24,000 nucleotides of DNA, from contig NZ_JACJQA010000011.1 of NCBI RefSeq assembly GCF_014696355.1, positions 51,849 through 75,848 on the forward strand. Direction: 5' to 3'. Both the position numbers and the translations under genes were made by a program. Positions within the stretch are counted from its first letter, which is position 1. Each line of letters opens with the position of its first letter. Below are positions 22,982 to 24,000 of the stretch, piece after piece. This DNA comes from Pseudanabaena sp. FACHB-1998 (GTDB lineage Bacteria > Cyanobacteriota > Cyanobacteriia > Pseudanabaenales > Pseudanabaenaceae). The notes below the pieces were generated by a model that saw only the letters and a list, made by a program, of their open reading frames with translations, was not told the DNA's origin and did no database searches.

Positions 22982-24000
22982 ATGCCCAGTCTTAGCCTCA
23001 AGCCATCGCACAAGCCGATCAAGAATTACTATGAGGTCTTGGAACAATATTCCAAGTTGGGGATTGTGCATGAGGGGGCGGTGAGTAGTGCTTTTCAGAA
23101 TTTGTTAGATTCCTGTGCGCGGCAATTTCAATGGACTTTGATTCCGCAATATGCGATCAAACGCTCGAAAAAGCAACCGATTCGCATCGATGGGGCTTTG
23201 GTGGATAGTTACAATTTGCCTCGTGCTTATTGGGAAGCGAAGGATATTAACGACAATTTAAAGAAGGAAATCCCGAAAAAGTTTGCGGTGGGTTATCCCA
23301 AAGACAATATGTTGTTTCAGCGTCCCGATCGCGCCATGCTCTATCAAGATGGCAAGTTGGTGATGGATGCGGATCTCACTAAGGATCAAGAGTTAGTCGA
23401 TATCGTGCGCCAGTTTTTTGAATATCGTGCGCCAGCGATCGCGCAATGGGAAAAGGCGGCTGAGGAATTTGGCGATCGGGTGAAGGATCATGCTACGGCT
23501 TTACTGGAGCTAATCCGCACACAGGAGAAGACTAACAAAAAGTTTATTGATGCGTTTGCGGCGTTTATGTTGCTTTGTCGGCAGTCGATTAATCCAAATC
23601 TGGCGGAGTCGGCGGTTGAGGAGATGTTGATTCAGCATTTGCTAACGGAACGGATTTTTCGGAGTGTGTTCAATAATCCTGATTTTGCTCAGAGAAATAT
23701 TATTGCAGTTGAGATTGAGAAGGTGATCAATGCTTTGACTTCTAAGCATTTCAGCCGCGCTCATTTTTTGAGTAGTTTGGATCGATTTTATGGGGCTATT
23801 GAAGAAACAGCAGCAACGATTGATGATTTTTCGCAAAAGCAGGATTTTTTGAATACGGTCTATGAGAAGTTCTTTCAGGGCTTTTCGACAAAGGTGGCGG
23901 ATACGCATGGGATTGTGTATACACCACAGCCAATTGTGAATTTCATGGTGAAGAGTGTGGAGGAGATTTTGCAACGGGAGTTTGGCAAGTCTCTGGTGGA
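22982..24000 (+). CDS. single-polypeptide type IIG / type ISP-like restriction-modification enzyme (N-terminal PD-ExK nuclease plus N6-adenine methyltransferase); 3' end lies beyond the window
   Basis: Missing from the ORF track because it has no stop. My own translation from ATG 22982 is open to the window end: MPSLSLKPSHKPIKNYYEVLEQYSKLGIVHEGAVSSAFQNLL...IRIDGALVDSYNLPRAYWEAKD (D...ExK nuclease motif)...FFQGFSTKVADTHGIVYTPQPIVNFMVKSVEEIL. The last stretch is the region leading into the SAM-binding fold of gamma-class N6 methyltransferases. Confidence 0.75.
   Translation, partial: MPSLSLKPSHKPIKNYYEVLEQYSKLGIVHEGAVSSAFQNLLDSCARQFQWTLIPQYAIKRSKKQPIRIDGALVDSYNLPRAYWEAKDINDNLKKEIPKKFAVGYPKDNMLFQRPDRAMLYQDGKLVMDADLTKDQELVDIVRQFFEYRAPAIAQWEKAAEEFGDRVKDHATALLELIRTQEKTNKKFIDAFAAFMLLCRQSINPNLAESAVEEMLIQHLLTERIFRSVFNNPDFAQRNIIAVEIEKVINALTSKHFSRAHFLSSLDRFYGAIEETAATIDDFSQKQDFLNTVYEKFFQGFSTKVADTHGIVYTPQPIVNFMVKSVEEILQREFGKSLV

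Noticed and set aside
23642-23974. 110-aa minus-strand ORF listed on the track.
   Set aside because: It is antisense to the open-ended RM gene, whose plus-strand frame is uninterrupted for 339 codons and carries nuclease and methyltransferase motifs.
1-24000. HIP1 octamers (GCGATCGC) scattered through most genes, considered as possible regulatory or repeat features.
   Set aside because: HIP1 is a known genome-wide, over-represented cyanobacterial palindrome that occurs inside coding regions. It is useful here only as a taxonomic and compositional marker, not as a set of individual features.
1-24000. Search for CRISPR arrays, tRNA/rRNA genes, transposases and integrases.
   Set aside because: I found no regularly spaced direct repeats, no tRNA-like T-arm or anticodon-arm patterns, and no transposase- or integrase-like ORFs. 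The visual scan could miss small RNAs, so tRNAscan-SE and Infernal should confirm this.

Overview
This is a chromosomal segment from a cyanobacterium. The evidence is dense HIP1 octamers (GCGATCGC) and a phycocyanin operon; I cannot support a genus call. Most of the window is ordinary housekeeping sequence. On the minus strand: a DUF389 membrane protein (cut by the window edge), lipA, a ClC-CBS-USP channel, trmB, a GGCT-like protein, cpcB-cpcA-cpcE-cpcF, glyQ, three small membrane proteins and a Ski2-like helicase. On the plus strand: an orphan secreted protein, aroF, a DHNA-CoA thioesterase, a SAM methyltransferase, an APH-fold kinase, an M48 peptidase, chrA, a small XRE-like HTH protein and the 5' part of a single-chain type IIG-like restriction-modification enzyme. 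That last gene is missing from the ORF track because it runs off the window. I saw no rRNA, tRNA, CRISPR array or transposase. The unusual content is mostly intergenic. (1) A ~95-bp nested-palindrome REP/MITE-like element is present in two full copies and one truncated copy, with compensatory stem changes. (2) Several terminator hairpins share a GCGAAGC apex. (3) Several unique, very long perfect palindromes (arms of 14 to 28 bp) are present, including a 171-bp nested inverted-repeat element just upstream of trmB and two hairpins that bracket the XRE-like gene. (4) A degenerate copy of the cpcE 3' end lies in the cpcE-cpcF spacer. The best candidate for an undescribed protein system is the co-directional cassette at 18741-20113: a 2-TM peptide, a TM2-SHOCT protein and a 3-TM protein with tandem ComEA-like HhH modules. 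It lies downstream of the helicase and near the type IIG RM gene. This is a hypothesis only. Every functional call comes from reading motifs by eye, without database searches.
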